A DNA stretch of 64,000 bases from an uncultured Thermoanaerobaculia bacterium. GTDB taxonomy: Bacteria; Acidobacteriota; Thermoanaerobaculia; Thermoanaerobaculales; Sulfomarinibacteraceae. The position numbers and the translations under genes are program-made. The notes beneath the pieces are model-generated. The model made no database searches. It had not been told where the DNA came from and worked only from the letters and a program-made list of their open reading frames with translations. Location of the stretch: positions 12,327 through 76,326 of the forward strand of contig CAYRFI010000004.1 of assembly GCA_964423595.1 (NCBI GenBank), written 5' to 3'. Every line of letters starts with the position of its first letter. Position 1 is the stretch's first letter. Of this stretch, positions 8,823-18,023 are shown in pieces.

Positions 8823-8832
8823 TATTCGTACT

Positions 8833-9390
8833 ATGGAGAATGACATCACCTTCTCGCCCCTTCGCCTTGCGATTCTCGGGTTGGTCGCGATGCACCCACA
8901 ATCCGGTTACGACCTGAGAAAGGTCTTCGATACAACACCGATGGGCCACTTCAGCAGCAGCCCGGGCGCCATCTACCCGGCCCTCAAGAGCCTCGAAAAA
9001 AAGGGGTGGATACGCGGAGAGCCCGACAAGACAGAATCTCTCCGCCCCCGCCTCGTCTATTCGATCACCGAGGATGGAGACAACATCCTCCGCTCCGAGC
9101 TCGAGAAACCGGTCACCCATGAAGACCTGATCTGGCACTTCGATCTGGTCATGCTCCGCTTCGCTTTCATCGATCGCATCGGAAACGAGCAGGCGGTGCG
9201 TTTTCTCGGGGAATTTCGCGCCGAGTCCGAGGCCTATCTCGATCACCTCGAGGAAATCAGGGTCCAGATGCGAGAACAGATGTCGCCATGCGGGCGGCTC
9301 GCCCTCGAGCACGGCATCCAGGCCTTCCGCGGCAACGCCCTGTGGGCCAAGAAATCAATTGCCGAGCTCTCCAAGCTCGCAAAGAAATGA
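8833..9390 (+). CDS. PadR-family transcriptional regulator
   Basis: LRLAILGLVAMHPQSGYDLRKVF...SPGAIYPALKSLEKKGWI is a PadR wHTH signature. The start is trimmed to ATG 8833; the ORF-track start at 8212 lies antisense within GH3. Confidence 0.8.
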   Translation: MENDITFSPLRLAILGLVAMHPQSGYDLRKVFDTTPMGHFSSSPGAIYPALKSLEKKGWIRGEPDKTESLRPRLVYSITEDGDNILRSELEKPVTHEDLIWHFDLVMLRFAFIDRIGNEQAVRFLGEFRAESEAYLDHLEEIRVQMREQMSPCGRLALEHGIQAFRGNALWAKKSIAELSKLAKK

Positions 9391-10283
9391 GGTTCGAAAT
9401 GTCTCATGAAGCGCAAAGCCCCATCATCAGCTGGATGTGGAAGATTCCAGCAATCGCCGCCGCCTACTTCATTGGAGTCATGATCAGCGGCGCCGCCATC
9501 ACCGCAGTCAAGATGCCGTGGCCGGTATTTCCCGGGTCGGCGAGCGAATCAGGAAATTTCATCCTCGAGCTGATCAGCTCCATATTCATGGCCGCCTGTC
9601 TCGCGCTGCTCGCCCGGGGGATCCGTGGATCACAGTTTTCGCGTTGGCTCATCCTCGCCGCCTTCACCTACGTCGCATTCGGTCTCAACAACCAGATCGA
9701 AGCGGCCATCTTCACGACCTACGGCGGCACCGCAACAATGCTCGTGTTTTTGATTCTGCCCTGTGCCTTCGGTGCCGCGGCAGCCGTTTGGCTCTTCAAA
9801 CCCGAGCGAGCAAACGCATCTCTTGAGTCCGTCATCACCACCCAACCCGTGTCCAGGTGGTGGTGGCGGGCGGTCGTCGTGTGGCTTGCGTTTCCGGTGA
9901 TCTACGTGTTCTTTGGAATGCTCGCCGCGCCGTTCGTGGTGCCCGTCTACGAGGCGCAGGACTTTGGTCTGACACTCCCCGGTTGGGGGACCATGCTCCC
10001 GGTGGCGCTGTGCAGAAGCGCGCTTTACCTCGCCGTCACAGTTCCGATACTCGTCACATGGGCGCGATCTCGGCGAAGCTTGTACTGGGCGCTTGCCGTA
10101 GGCTTTTTCGCCATGATGGGATTGATCGGACTCCTCAGCGTCACCTTCCTCCCGCCGGTTCTGCGAATCACCCACAGCATCGAGATCCTCGGCGACGCCC
10201 TGGTCTATGCGTGGCTCCTCTTGGCGTTGTTCGTGCCGAAGTCGAAGGTCGGGCGCGCAGAGCTGGTACCAAGTCATCAGTAA
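9387..10283 (+). CDS. Polytopic membrane protein of unknown function, co-transcribed with PadR
   Basis: About 8 hydrophobic segments. ATG 9387 overlaps the padR stop (ATGA); an alternative ATG is at 9399. Confidence 0.6.
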   Translation: MRFEMSHEAQSPIISWMWKIPAIAAAYFIGVMISGAAITAVKMPWPVFPGSASESGNFILELISSIFMAACLALLARGIRGSQFSRWLILAAFTYVAFGLNNQIEAAIFTTYGGTATMLVFLILPCAFGAAAAVWLFKPERANASLESVITTQPVSRWWWRAVVVWLAFPVIYVFFGMLAAPFVVPVYEAQDFGLTLPGWGTMLPVALCRSALYLAVTVPILVTWARSRRSLYWALAVGFFAMMGLIGLLSVTFLPPVLRITHSIEILGDALVYAWLLLALFVPKSKVGRAELVPSHQ

Positions 10284-10381
10284 CCAGTTCCCTCCGCGCA
10301 ACCCCTCGGGCTCTCAAACTGATCACTGGTTACTGAGTGGCTCGTCGGGACTGGTTACTCGGACGCGAGGGTGGTTACACC
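10278..10381. repeat. Dispersed TGGTTAC / GTAACCA motifs (1 inverted + 3 direct copies) at a convergent gene junction
   Basis: CAGTAACCAG is at 10278-10287 and contains the stop of the membrane-protein gene. TGGTTAC occurs at 10327-10333, 10352-10358 and 10372-10378; the last contains the stop of the PIG-L gene. The unit is the same as in the array at 33045-33131. Confidence 0.65.
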
Positions 10382-11232
10382 TGGCGGTTCATCCGCACGA
10401 TCCGGTCGGTGACATCGTCCTTCATGTTGCGCAGCAAGCTGAGCGTGTAGTCGGCAACGTTGAGGGATGGATCCTTGATCAACGGCGTCAGATCCATGGC
10501 AAAGCTCAAGCGCTCGTACTTGTCAACCTCGTGCGACTCGTAGAAAGTCGCGTTGGCGAGGTGCCGACCGTGAACTGCAAGGTCGTACCTCTTCCCACCC
10601 GAGATTTGTGAGTCGAAGACGCCGCACAGCGCCTCTGCGATATTGGCCCGGTCGTAGAGGCGGAGGATCTGTTTGTCGGAGTCAAACAGCCAGTCGAGAC
10701 CGCGCCAAACCTCGCACCCGTAAACCTTTTGCGGGCGCTTGTCCTCCGGCAGGCTTCTGAGAGCGGCGATCGAACGCAGACAGCAGGCGACGTGAGTATC
10801 GTGTTTGTCGGCTGGGTTGTGGAGGTAGATCACCTCCGCGGTCGCCCCCTCAAAGATCGCCTTCAGGTACACGACCACGTCGTCGTTTGCTGCGTCTTTC
10901 ACCGCCGCGCTCGGGAAGCCGAGCTGAATCTGGCATGCGTAGTCGCCGACCAACGCCGCCTTGCGCTGCTCGGCAACCCGAATCTTTCGAATCTCTTCGT
11001 TGGAGTACTTTTCGTAAGGGCCGCTCCTTGGGCTGCCGGCACCATCTGTGACGGTGACGCCGCTGAACCAGCGATCGGCTTGACGGAAACACTCGAGAAT
11101 GCCGTGCATGGCCATGAACTCGATGTCGTCCTGGTGCGCGCCCACTGCCAGATGGGTGGTCTTGGCGAGGGCTTCCGCGACGGTTGAACCATCGGGGGCA
11201 TAGACATCGGCATCAGAGTTTTTGAGCTGCAT
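10375..11232 (-). CDS. PIG-L/LmbE-family N-acetylglucosaminyl deacetylase
   Basis: VGAHQDDIEF (AHxDD motif) and NPADKHDTH (HxDH-like). Confidence 0.7.
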   Translation of the reverse strand: MQLKNSDADVYAPDGSTVAEALAKTTHLAVGAHQDDIEFMAMHGILECFRQADRWFSGVTVTDGAGSPRSGPYEKYSNEEIRKIRVAEQRKAALVGDYACQIQLGFPSAAVKDAANDDVVVYLKAIFEGATAEVIYLHNPADKHDTHVACCLRSIAALRSLPEDKRPQKVYGCEVWRGLDWLFDSDKQILRLYDRANIAEALCGVFDSQISGGKRYDLAVHGRHLANATFYESHEVDKYERLSFAMDLTPLIKDPSLNVADYTLSLLRNMKDDVTDRIVRMNRQV

Positions 11233-11318
11233 CCTTGATTCCCCTCAATAACCTCGGAGTCCTCCCTATATACACGCGAGAATCCGCCACTCCATCATAA
11301 CGTGAGTCGAGTTGTACT

Positions 11319-12773
11319 TCAGTATTGGGGAGAAGAGGTAGTGGATGGGAGGATTGGCAGGCTGGCAGCGGCAATTGCCTGCCCATGCCGCTTGAATCTT
11401 TCATCCGGCGCCATCATCCGCAGGTGATCCGCGAGCTCCGGGAATTCGTCTCTCAACACCTCCGACGCGGTATCGATGATGACCTGACCGCCCGCACCCG
11501 AGGTCACCCGGCCGAGGGTCAGGAGATTTTCCATCTCGTACCAGCGGGCGAACCAGGCGACGGAGTATCCGAGGTAAACGCCGATGGACTCGTAAATCCG
11601 ACGCGCTCGCTCGTCACCCCTGTTCATCAATCTCTGGACGTCGACCAACCGCTCGGCAAACGGCATCTCTTGCGGATGATCGAGACCGGCGGCCGGCGCC
11701 AACCGCGCAACCGCCTGTTGCGAGAAGTACTGCACCCCGCAACCGGCATCCCCCGACCACTCGTCGACCGGCGAATTATCGCGGTAGTCGACAGGGACAA
11801 ACGCGAGCTCGTTGAGCTGTCCGGTGATGCGCCGATCGGCATCGCAAAACCCGGCGGCCAGACTGGTGCCCATGGCAAGGCCGAGAACTTTGCTGGTGTC
11901 AAAGGCGAGCGCTGCAGCCAGCGCGGTGACCTCGCCGTCGTTGACCACCTCGAAGGGCACATCGTTCATGTGGTGCCGGAGTTTTTTGAAGATCGGCCGG
12001 ATCTCGCTTTCGAATTCGCCCTCTGCGATGCCCCGGAAGAGTGATCCGACGCGCGGTTCGCTGTCGATGTAGACGCCCGCAGCGCTGCCGCCAACGGCGT
12101 CGACGCGCGGCAGGTGGGCGGCGGCGCGTTCGAGCGAATCCATGATGCCGTCAAAGTGATATCGGGGGTCGGACTCGAAGTAGGGACTCCACGCAACCTC
12201 CTCGGAATGCACCACCTCACCATCGACCACGGCGGCGCATTTGCGGTCACTGCCGCCGAGATCGAAGCCGATGCGGCAGCCCTCGAGGTGGCCGCCGAGC
12301 TGGATCGCAGTCACCTTCTCCTCCGACACAAACTCGAAATCGCACGATGTGACCGTCATCGGTTCGAGAAAGATCCTCCTGCCGACGATATCGCAGTCGA
12401 AGGAGCGGCCGCCCCCCGGCATATAGAGGCCGGATACCGCCTTCGCCAGCTCCGGGTGGCCGCCGATCACGATGCCCGAACCTCCTTTCATCCACAGCAG
12501 GAGCTTGACGATACGCTCGACGTATTTGAGGTTGAGGGGGCTGTTCTCGTCCGTGTGCGGGAGGACCCGAGTCTGGTGGCGAAAAATCGTGCCGTCGGGC
12601 CGGGTCACGGCCACGACAAGCGGCGTGCTCCCCGGGTCAACCTCGGCCCACTCTTCGTAGGCCCGATTCCAGAGCAAGGCCGGGACGAAATCGGGATCGA
12701 GAACTGGCCGGTGCCTCGCTTCGACCGCCAACCCGTTCAATCGCTCGCCCTCCAGATCTTCGGCACCACCCAT
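11319..12773 (-). CDS. ASKHA-fold sugar kinase, ROK-like, with about 150-aa N-terminal extension
   Basis: Phosphate-1-like IGFDLGGSDRKCAAV; LGLAMGTSLAAGF; VVNDGEVTALA. The start is uncertain. ATG 12773 would overlap the upstream symporter by 37 nt. The ORF-track start at 13196 is read-through. Confidence 0.6.
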   Translation of the reverse strand: MGGAEDLEGERLNGLAVEARHRPVLDPDFVPALLWNRAYEEWAEVDPGSTPLVVAVTRPDGTIFRHQTRVLPHTDENSPLNLKYVERIVKLLLWMKGGSGIVIGGHPELAKAVSGLYMPGGGRSFDCDIVGRRIFLEPMTVTSCDFEFVSEEKVTAIQLGGHLEGCRIGFDLGGSDRKCAAVVDGEVVHSEEVAWSPYFESDPRYHFDGIMDSLERAAAHLPRVDAVGGSAAGVYIDSEPRVGSLFRGIAEGEFESEIRPIFKKLRHHMNDVPFEVVNDGEVTALAAALAFDTSKVLGLAMGTSLAAGFCDADRRITGQLNELAFVPVDYRDNSPVDEWSGDAGCGVQYFSQQAVARLAPAAGLDHPQEMPFAERLVDVQRLMNRGDERARRIYESIGVYLGYSVAWFARWYEMENLLTLGRVTSGAGGQVIIDTASEVLRDEFPELADHLRMMAPDERFKRHGQAIAAASLPILPSTTSSPQY

Positions 12774-14503
12774 GCCAACCCGAGACCGGCGCCGAGAGTG
12801 GCCGAGAGACAAACGACACCCTGAAGGTGGTGGCCGTAGAGCAAAGCCCCGGTCCCGAAGAGGCCGGAGTAAACGAAGGTGCAGCCGAAGACCCAGCCGA
12901 GAAATGCCAACGACAGATTGTCCCGTGGACCATCCAGCTCCTCGGGGCCTATGACCTTTGCCCATCCGCGGCCTGCCGGCCGGATCTTGCGGTAGAAGCG
13001 GCGCAAGGTCTCGATGTCGGAAGGTTTGGTGAGGAAGGTCACCACCACCCACACGACGGTGGTCAGAGCAACCGACCACACGAGGGCGGCGTGGGACGAA
13101 AGGTCGAGCCCGGTCTTTCGGGCCACGAGCAGGGCCAGTGCAATCGTGAACGAGGACGCCATGGCGGCGATCTCGGACCACGCGTTGATCCGCCACCAGA
13201 ACCAGCGTAGGAGGTAGATCAGACCGGTGCCGGCGCCGATCGATAGCAGGAGTTGGAAGGCCTCACCCGCGGTCGAGAGCAGGAAGACGGTCGCGCCGGA
13301 CACCACCATCAGGACAGCGGTCATGATCCTCGACAGCCACACCAGGTGTCGCTCCGATGCGTCGGGTCTGAGAAATCGTCGGTAGAGGTCGTGCACCAGG
13401 TAGGAGCAGCCCCAGTTGAGGTGGGTCGACATGGTCGAGACGTAGGCCGACAGCAGCGACGCGACCAGGAGGCCGAGAAGGCCTGCCGGCAGCAGCGTCA
13501 GCATCGCCGGGTAGGCGAGATCGTTGCCGATGAGATTGTCGGACACGTGCGGCAGGGCGGTTTGGATGTCGTTCAGACTCGGGAAGACCAGCATCGAGCA
13601 CAGCGCGACGACGATCCACGGCCACGGCCTGAGGGCGTAGTGGGCGATGTTGAACCACAGGGTAGCGGCCATCGCGTTCTTCTCGTCCTTGGCGGCCAGC
13701 ATGCGCTGGGCGATGTAGCTGCCGCCGCCCGGCTCAGCACCTGGATACCACACGGACCACCACTGGATAGTGAGCGGGATGATCAGGACCGACAGTGTCA
13801 AACCCCAGTTCGAAAAGTCGGGCAATAGCCTCAAGGTCGAGGGGTCGATCTTGGCGACCAACCCGGCCAATCCACCCACCTCGGGCTGGGACAACGCCAC
13901 GTAGGCGGCCGCAAAGACCCCTATCATGGCGATCACGAACTGCACCATGTCCGAAGCCAGCACCCCCCACAATCCCGAGATCGCCGAGAAGACGATGCAG
14001 ATCAGGCCGCAGATGATCACCGTCTGCAGCCGGCTCCACCCGAGCATCACGTTGGCGATCTTGACCGCGGCCAGGGTTACCGAGGCCATAATGGCGCAGT
14101 TGAAGAAGAGCCCGAGATAGACTGCGCGAAAGCCGCGGACGAAGGCCGCCGAGCGGCCAGAGTAGCGCAGCTCGTAAAACTCGAGGTCGGTGAGCACTCC
14201 CGACCTCCGCCACATCCGGGCGTAGAAGAACACGGTCAGCATCCCGGTGAGAAGGAACGCCCACCACGCCCAGTTCTGTGACACGCCGCCGGTGCGCACG
14301 AAGTCGGTCACCAGATTCGGGGTGTCGGTCGAAAAGGTGGTGGCCACCATCGAGGTCCCGATCAGCCACCACGGCGCCGAGCGGCCCGAGGCGAAGAACT
14401 CCGCCGTTCCCGTGCTCGCGCGGCGAGCAAAGAAAACGGCCGGTGCGAAAGCGGCCGCCAGGCAGATGACAATCACGACCCAGTCGATCGAGGCAAGCTG
14501 CAT
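12737..14503 (-). CDS. Sodium:solute symporter (SSF family)
   Basis: MQLASIDWVVIVICLAAAFAPAVFFARRASTGTAEFFASGRSAPWW.. is a typical SSF N-terminus, with 12 or more TM segments. The start is trimmed to ATG 14503. Confidence 0.8.
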   Translation of the reverse strand: MQLASIDWVVIVICLAAAFAPAVFFARRASTGTAEFFASGRSAPWWLIGTSMVATTFSTDTPNLVTDFVRTGGVSQNWAWWAFLLTGMLTVFFYARMWRRSGVLTDLEFYELRYSGRSAAFVRGFRAVYLGLFFNCAIMASVTLAAVKIANVMLGWSRLQTVIICGLICIVFSAISGLWGVLASDMVQFVIAMIGVFAAAYVALSQPEVGGLAGLVAKIDPSTLRLLPDFSNWGLTLSVLIIPLTIQWWSVWYPGAEPGGGSYIAQRMLAAKDEKNAMAATLWFNIAHYALRPWPWIVVALCSMLVFPSLNDIQTALPHVSDNLIGNDLAYPAMLTLLPAGLLGLLVASLLSAYVSTMSTHLNWGCSYLVHDLYRRFLRPDASERHLVWLSRIMTAVLMVVSGATVFLLSTAGEAFQLLLSIGAGTGLIYLLRWFWWRINAWSEIAAMASSFTIALALLVARKTGLDLSSHAALVWSVALTTVVWVVVTFLTKPSDIETLRRFYRKIRPAGRGWAKVIGPEELDGPRDNLSLAFLGWVFGCTFVYSGLFGTGALLYGHHLQGVVCLSATLGAGLGLAWVVPKIWRASD

Positions 14504-14603
14504 ATGACGGGACCCCTTCCGTTGGACGAATTCTAGCCCATTGCTGGCGCCTCCGCGCTGGGTGGGCGAGAATATGCGGGTGAATCCAGACACGGGGGAA
14601 GCC

Positions 14604-16703
14604 ATGAAATACGCATCGTTTGCCGTCGTCCTTATGCTGTCGATTCCGGTCGCCGCGGTCGAGGGTCCCCCAACTCTCAACCTGATGCCCGTGCCGGCCC
14701 AGATCGAGTTCGGCGAGGCCGCCGTCGAGATCAGTCCGAATTTCTCGGTGACGATCGAAGGTGCCGGCGCCACACCACGTCTCCGCGGCGGTGTCCAGCG
14801 GATGTTGCGCCGGCTCTCGGACCGCTCCGCCATTTTCTTCGACAACTCCACCTTTCTTCAGCTCGAAGGGAGATCGATGGCATCGATGGTGGTAACAGCG
14901 GGTCGGGAGGGCGAGCTGTTTCTCGGTGAGGACGAGAGCTATCGGCTGACGATCACCACGGACGGCATCGCGTTGCAGGCGGCGACCGACATCGGCGCCC
15001 TCCGCGGTCTCGAGACATTCCTCCAGCTGCTGAGCCTCGACGAGCGCGGGGTGACCGTTCCAGAGATCGCCATATTCGACGAGCCGCGCTTCCCGTGGCG
15101 GGGCCTGATGATCGACGTGAGCCGCCACTTCATGCCCGTCGCGATGGTCAAGCGCAACCTCGACGGGATGGCTGCGGTCAAGCTCAACGTCCTCCATTGG
15201 CATCTGGTTGACGATCAGGGATTCCGGGTCGAGACGCTCGCCTGGCCGAAGCTGCACGAGCAGGCATCCGACGGCGATTACTACACCCGCGCCCAGATCC
15301 ATGACGTCATCGATTACGCCGCCGACCGCGGCATCCGCGTGGTCCCCGAGTTCGATCTCCCGGGTCACGGCAGCGCCTGGCTCACCGCCTATCCCGAGCT
15401 CGGCAGCGCGCCCGGGCCGTACGAGATTGAACGCAGCTGGGGAATCTTCGACCCCACGATCATCCCCACCATCGAGAAGACCTACGAGTTTCTCGACGCC
15501 TTCTTCGCGGAGATGGCCGAGCTCTTCGACGACGAGTTCATCCACATCGGCGGCGACGAGAACAATGGCAAGGACTGGCTCGCCAATCCCGAGATCGTAG
15601 CTTTCATGGAAGAGCAGGGCTACGCGGGCCCGTTGACCTTGCAGCGCTATTTCAACGAGCGCGTTTTGGCCATCCTGACGAAGTACGGCAAGCGGATGAT
15701 CGGATGGGACGAGATCTTCGAGGAAGGTCTGCCGAAGAACGTCGTCATCCAGTCGTGGCGCGGGCGGGAATCGCTCTTCGAGGCCGCCCGCCTTGGTTAC
15801 TCCGGCATCCTCTCCAACGGCTACTACATCGACCTCATCCAGCCGACGGACTTCCACTATCTCAACGACCCACTGCCGGCTGACTCACCCGTTACGCCCG
15901 AGGAGGCTGCCAGGATCCTTGGCGGCGAGGCCACGATGTGGGCGGAGTACGTCTCGCCCGAGACCGTCGATTCCCGGATCTGGCCGCGCACCGCCGCCAT
16001 CGCCGAGCGCTTCTGGTCCCCGGGCAGGGTCCGCGACCTCGAGGACATGTACCGGCGGATGGACCACATGAGCCTGACGCTCGAGGAGCTCGGTTTGCAG
16101 CACGAACGCAACCGGCCGATGATGCTGCGCCGGCTCTGCCAGTGCCGCAATGTGGCCGCCTTCGAGGTCCTGCTCGGCGCCATCGAGCCGGTCAAGGTCT
16201 ACAACCGCGGCCGCCTTCGCGAGCACACCCAGTTCTCGCCCCTGACCCGGATGGTAGACGCGGCGTGGCCCGACGCTGGACCGGCGCGCGAGTTCAGGTG
16301 GGCGGTCGAACGCCTGATCGAATCCGACTTCATGGACGAGGACGATCTCGATGCCGTCCATACGGCCCTCGTCACGTGGCGGGACAACCATGCGGCCCTC
16401 GAGGCAACGCTTAAGACCTCACCGGCCCTGGCCGACATCGGACCGATGTCCATCGCCCTCACCGAGGTTTCGACGATCGGTCTCGAGGCCCTCGATCTGG
16501 CGAGCGCAGGCACCGCGGCGAAGCGAGACTGGCTCGATCTCCGGCTCGATAGCCTCGACAAGGCGCGAGAGTCCTACGGCCAGACCGAGCTGATGATCGT
16601 CGATCCGGTGGTGGATCTGGTGTGCGCGGTCTCATTGCCAGCGAGTCTGACGGCAGAGGGATGTCAGGAAAAGGACGCGGTAGCCGTGGGTGGGGATGAT
16701 TGA
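14604..16703 (+). CDS. GH20 beta-N-acetylhexosaminidase, secreted
   Basis: LNVLHWHLVDDQGFR, PEFDLPGH and FIHIGGDE (D-E catalytic pair). Signal peptide MKYASFAVVLMLSIPVAA. ATG 14604 follows GGGGGA. Confidence 0.85.
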   Translation: MKYASFAVVLMLSIPVAAVEGPPTLNLMPVPAQIEFGEAAVEISPNFSVTIEGAGATPRLRGGVQRMLRRLSDRSAIFFDNSTFLQLEGRSMASMVVTAGREGELFLGEDESYRLTITTDGIALQAATDIGALRGLETFLQLLSLDERGVTVPEIAIFDEPRFPWRGLMIDVSRHFMPVAMVKRNLDGMAAVKLNVLHWHLVDDQGFRVETLAWPKLHEQASDGDYYTRAQIHDVIDYAADRGIRVVPEFDLPGHGSAWLTAYPELGSAPGPYEIERSWGIFDPTIIPTIEKTYEFLDAFFAEMAELFDDEFIHIGGDENNGKDWLANPEIVAFMEEQGYAGPLTLQRYFNERVLAILTKYGKRMIGWDEIFEEGLPKNVVIQSWRGRESLFEAARLGYSGILSNGYYIDLIQPTDFHYLNDPLPADSPVTPEEAARILGGEATMWAEYVSPETVDSRIWPRTAAIAERFWSPGRVRDLEDMYRRMDHMSLTLEELGLQHERNRPMMLRRLCQCRNVAAFEVLLGAIEPVKVYNRGRLREHTQFSPLTRMVDAAWPDAGPAREFRWAVERLIESDFMDEDDLDAVHTALVTWRDNHAALEATLKTSPALADIGPMSIALTEVSTIGLEALDLASAGTAAKRDWLDLRLDSLDKARESYGQTELMIVDPVVDLVCAVSLPASLTAEGCQEKDAVAVGGDD

Positions 16704-16747
16704 GCAGGGGGCCGGGGAGCAGAGGAGAAAAAGAGGTGGAGGTTTTC

Positions 16748-17827
16748 ATGAAGAGACGCATCGCATATTCAATTGTTATTTCGATGGTGTTGTTCTCGTG
16801 TTCAGTGGCAGGTGCGGGTGAGGCGGAGGAGGGGAGCGGGGACTGGTGGTACGTTCCGTACCCCGAGCCGTTCGACGCATCGAAGATCGAGACCACTCTG
16901 CAGTTCATCCACGTCGAGGGCAACCGCTTTGTCGACGAGGACGGCAACACGAGGATCTTTCAGGGGGTCAACATTTCCGATCCCGACAAGCTGGAAAAAA
17001 ACGGCTACTGGAGCAAGGCCCACTTCCAGGTCATCAAGGACTGGGGAGCGAACCTCGTCCGCGTGCCGGTTCACCCGGTCGCCTGGAAGGGACGCGGTGA
17101 GGCCGAGTACTTCAATCTCCTCGACCAGGCGGTGACCTGGGCCTCTGAGCTCGGTCTCTACCTCAACATCGAGTGGCACAGCATGGGCAATCTCGAAACC
17201 GAGGTCTTCCAGCACCCCATGCACTACACCACCCGGCAGGAGACCTACAACTTCTGGCGTGATATCTCGTTTCGCTACGCCGGCATCCCGGCGGTCGCGT
17301 TCTACGAGCTCTTCAACGAGCCCACCACCTACAACGGCCGACTCGGGCGGATCAGCTGGGCCGAGTGGAAGGTCATCGTCGAGCAGATGATCGGCATCAT
17401 CTTCGCCCACGACACCAGGGTCATCCCCCTGGTCGGGGGCTTCGACTGGGCCTACGAGCTGCGCAACGTTGGTGCAGATCCCATCGATTTCGAGGGCATC
17501 GGCTATGTCAGCCACCCTTACCCGATGAAGGCGCAGCAGCCGTGGGAGGTGAACTGGGAGAAGGATTTCGGCTATGTCGCCGACACCTACCCCCTGATGG
17601 CGGCCGAGATCGGCTTCATGGCCGCCGACCAGCCCGGCGCCCACATTCCGGTGATCGCGGACGAGGAGTACGGGCGGAGAATCCTGGCCTACTTCGAGAA
17701 GAAGGGGATCTCCTGGACCGCCTGGTGTTTCGACCCCGACTGGCCACCGCAGCTGATCTCCGATTGGGATTACACGCCGACGACGCAGGGAGCGTTTTTC
17801 AAGGCGTATATGTTAGGGGAGCAGTAG
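16748..17827 (+). CDS. GH5 family glycoside hydrolase (cellulase-type), secreted
   Basis: ANLVRVPVH; FYELFNEPT (acid/base NEP); LMAAEIGF (nucleophile Glu). Signal peptide MKRRIAYSIVISMVLFSCSVAGA. GAGGTGGAGG lies upstream. Confidence 0.8.
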   Translation: MKRRIAYSIVISMVLFSCSVAGAGEAEEGSGDWWYVPYPEPFDASKIETTLQFIHVEGNRFVDEDGNTRIFQGVNISDPDKLEKNGYWSKAHFQVIKDWGANLVRVPVHPVAWKGRGEAEYFNLLDQAVTWASELGLYLNIEWHSMGNLETEVFQHPMHYTTRQETYNFWRDISFRYAGIPAVAFYELFNEPTTYNGRLGRISWAEWKVIVEQMIGIIFAHDTRVIPLVGGFDWAYELRNVGADPIDFEGIGYVSHPYPMKAQQPWEVNWEKDFGYVADTYPLMAAEIGFMAADQPGAHIPVIADEEYGRRILAYFEKKGISWTAWCFDPDWPPQLISDWDYTPTTQGAFFKAYMLGEQ

Positions 17828-17886
17828 CGGTCGCTTGATTCAGCGCCCGAGACGGCTATGCGGAATGACGGCGAGACAGTTGTACG

Positions 17887-17975
17887 GGCTTGGGGCCTGC
17901 GACCTGAGGCTTGAGGTCGACAGCATCGATTTTATTGAGGCTCTTGAGCGATCTTCAAGCCCCAAGCCACAAGCC
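17887..17975. repeat. Inverted heptamer arrays (left GGCTTGG GGCCTGC GACCTGA GGCTTGA GGTCGAC; right TCAAGCC CCAAGCC ACAAGCC)
   Basis: The left array is 17887-17921 and the right array is 17955-17975. Additional same-sense half-units TTGAGGC TCTTGAG are at 17935-17948. The element lies between the GH5 stop (17827) and the symporter start (18024). TATAAT at 17986-17991 follows the element. Confidence 0.75.
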
Positions 17976-18023
17976 ATGCGACTCATATAATCTGACTCGA
18001 GAAATCAACATGCCGGGGGATTG

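Noticed and set aside
8212-8832. N-terminal 207 codons of the ORF containing padR (likewise the 5' extensions of ORFs at 4753-4989, 46263-46496, 47414-47527, 49020-49124, 12774-13196, 14504-14851, 34284/35208-35387, 37357-37473, 45974-46132 and 29346-29516)
   Set aside because: These are read-through upstream of the true start. They overlap neighbouring genes or intergenic DNA, lack a signal or motif, and in each case an internal ATG/GTG with an RBS and a sensible N-terminus exists.
14561-14582. GGTGGGCGAGAATATGCGGGTG as a fourth, degenerate copy of the GGTGAGATATGCGGG repeat
   Set aside because: The match is only about 13 of 16 positions with an indel. It overlaps the possible upstream start (ATG 14574) of the GH20 gene. 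It is too weak to call without a genome-wide model of the repeat.
13734-15857. 707-aa ORF on the minus strand (similar long antisense ORFs are at 35125-36525, 40740-42554, 43772-45532, 38849-40207, 24030-25553, 19751-21307, 22876-24222, 17955-19217, 29218-30591, 54468-55616 and 57650-58744)
   Set aside because: These are shadow ORFs typical of GC-rich DNA. Their translations are Arg/Gly/Pro/Asp/His-rich with no recognisable motifs. Each lies antisense to a gene with strong family signatures.
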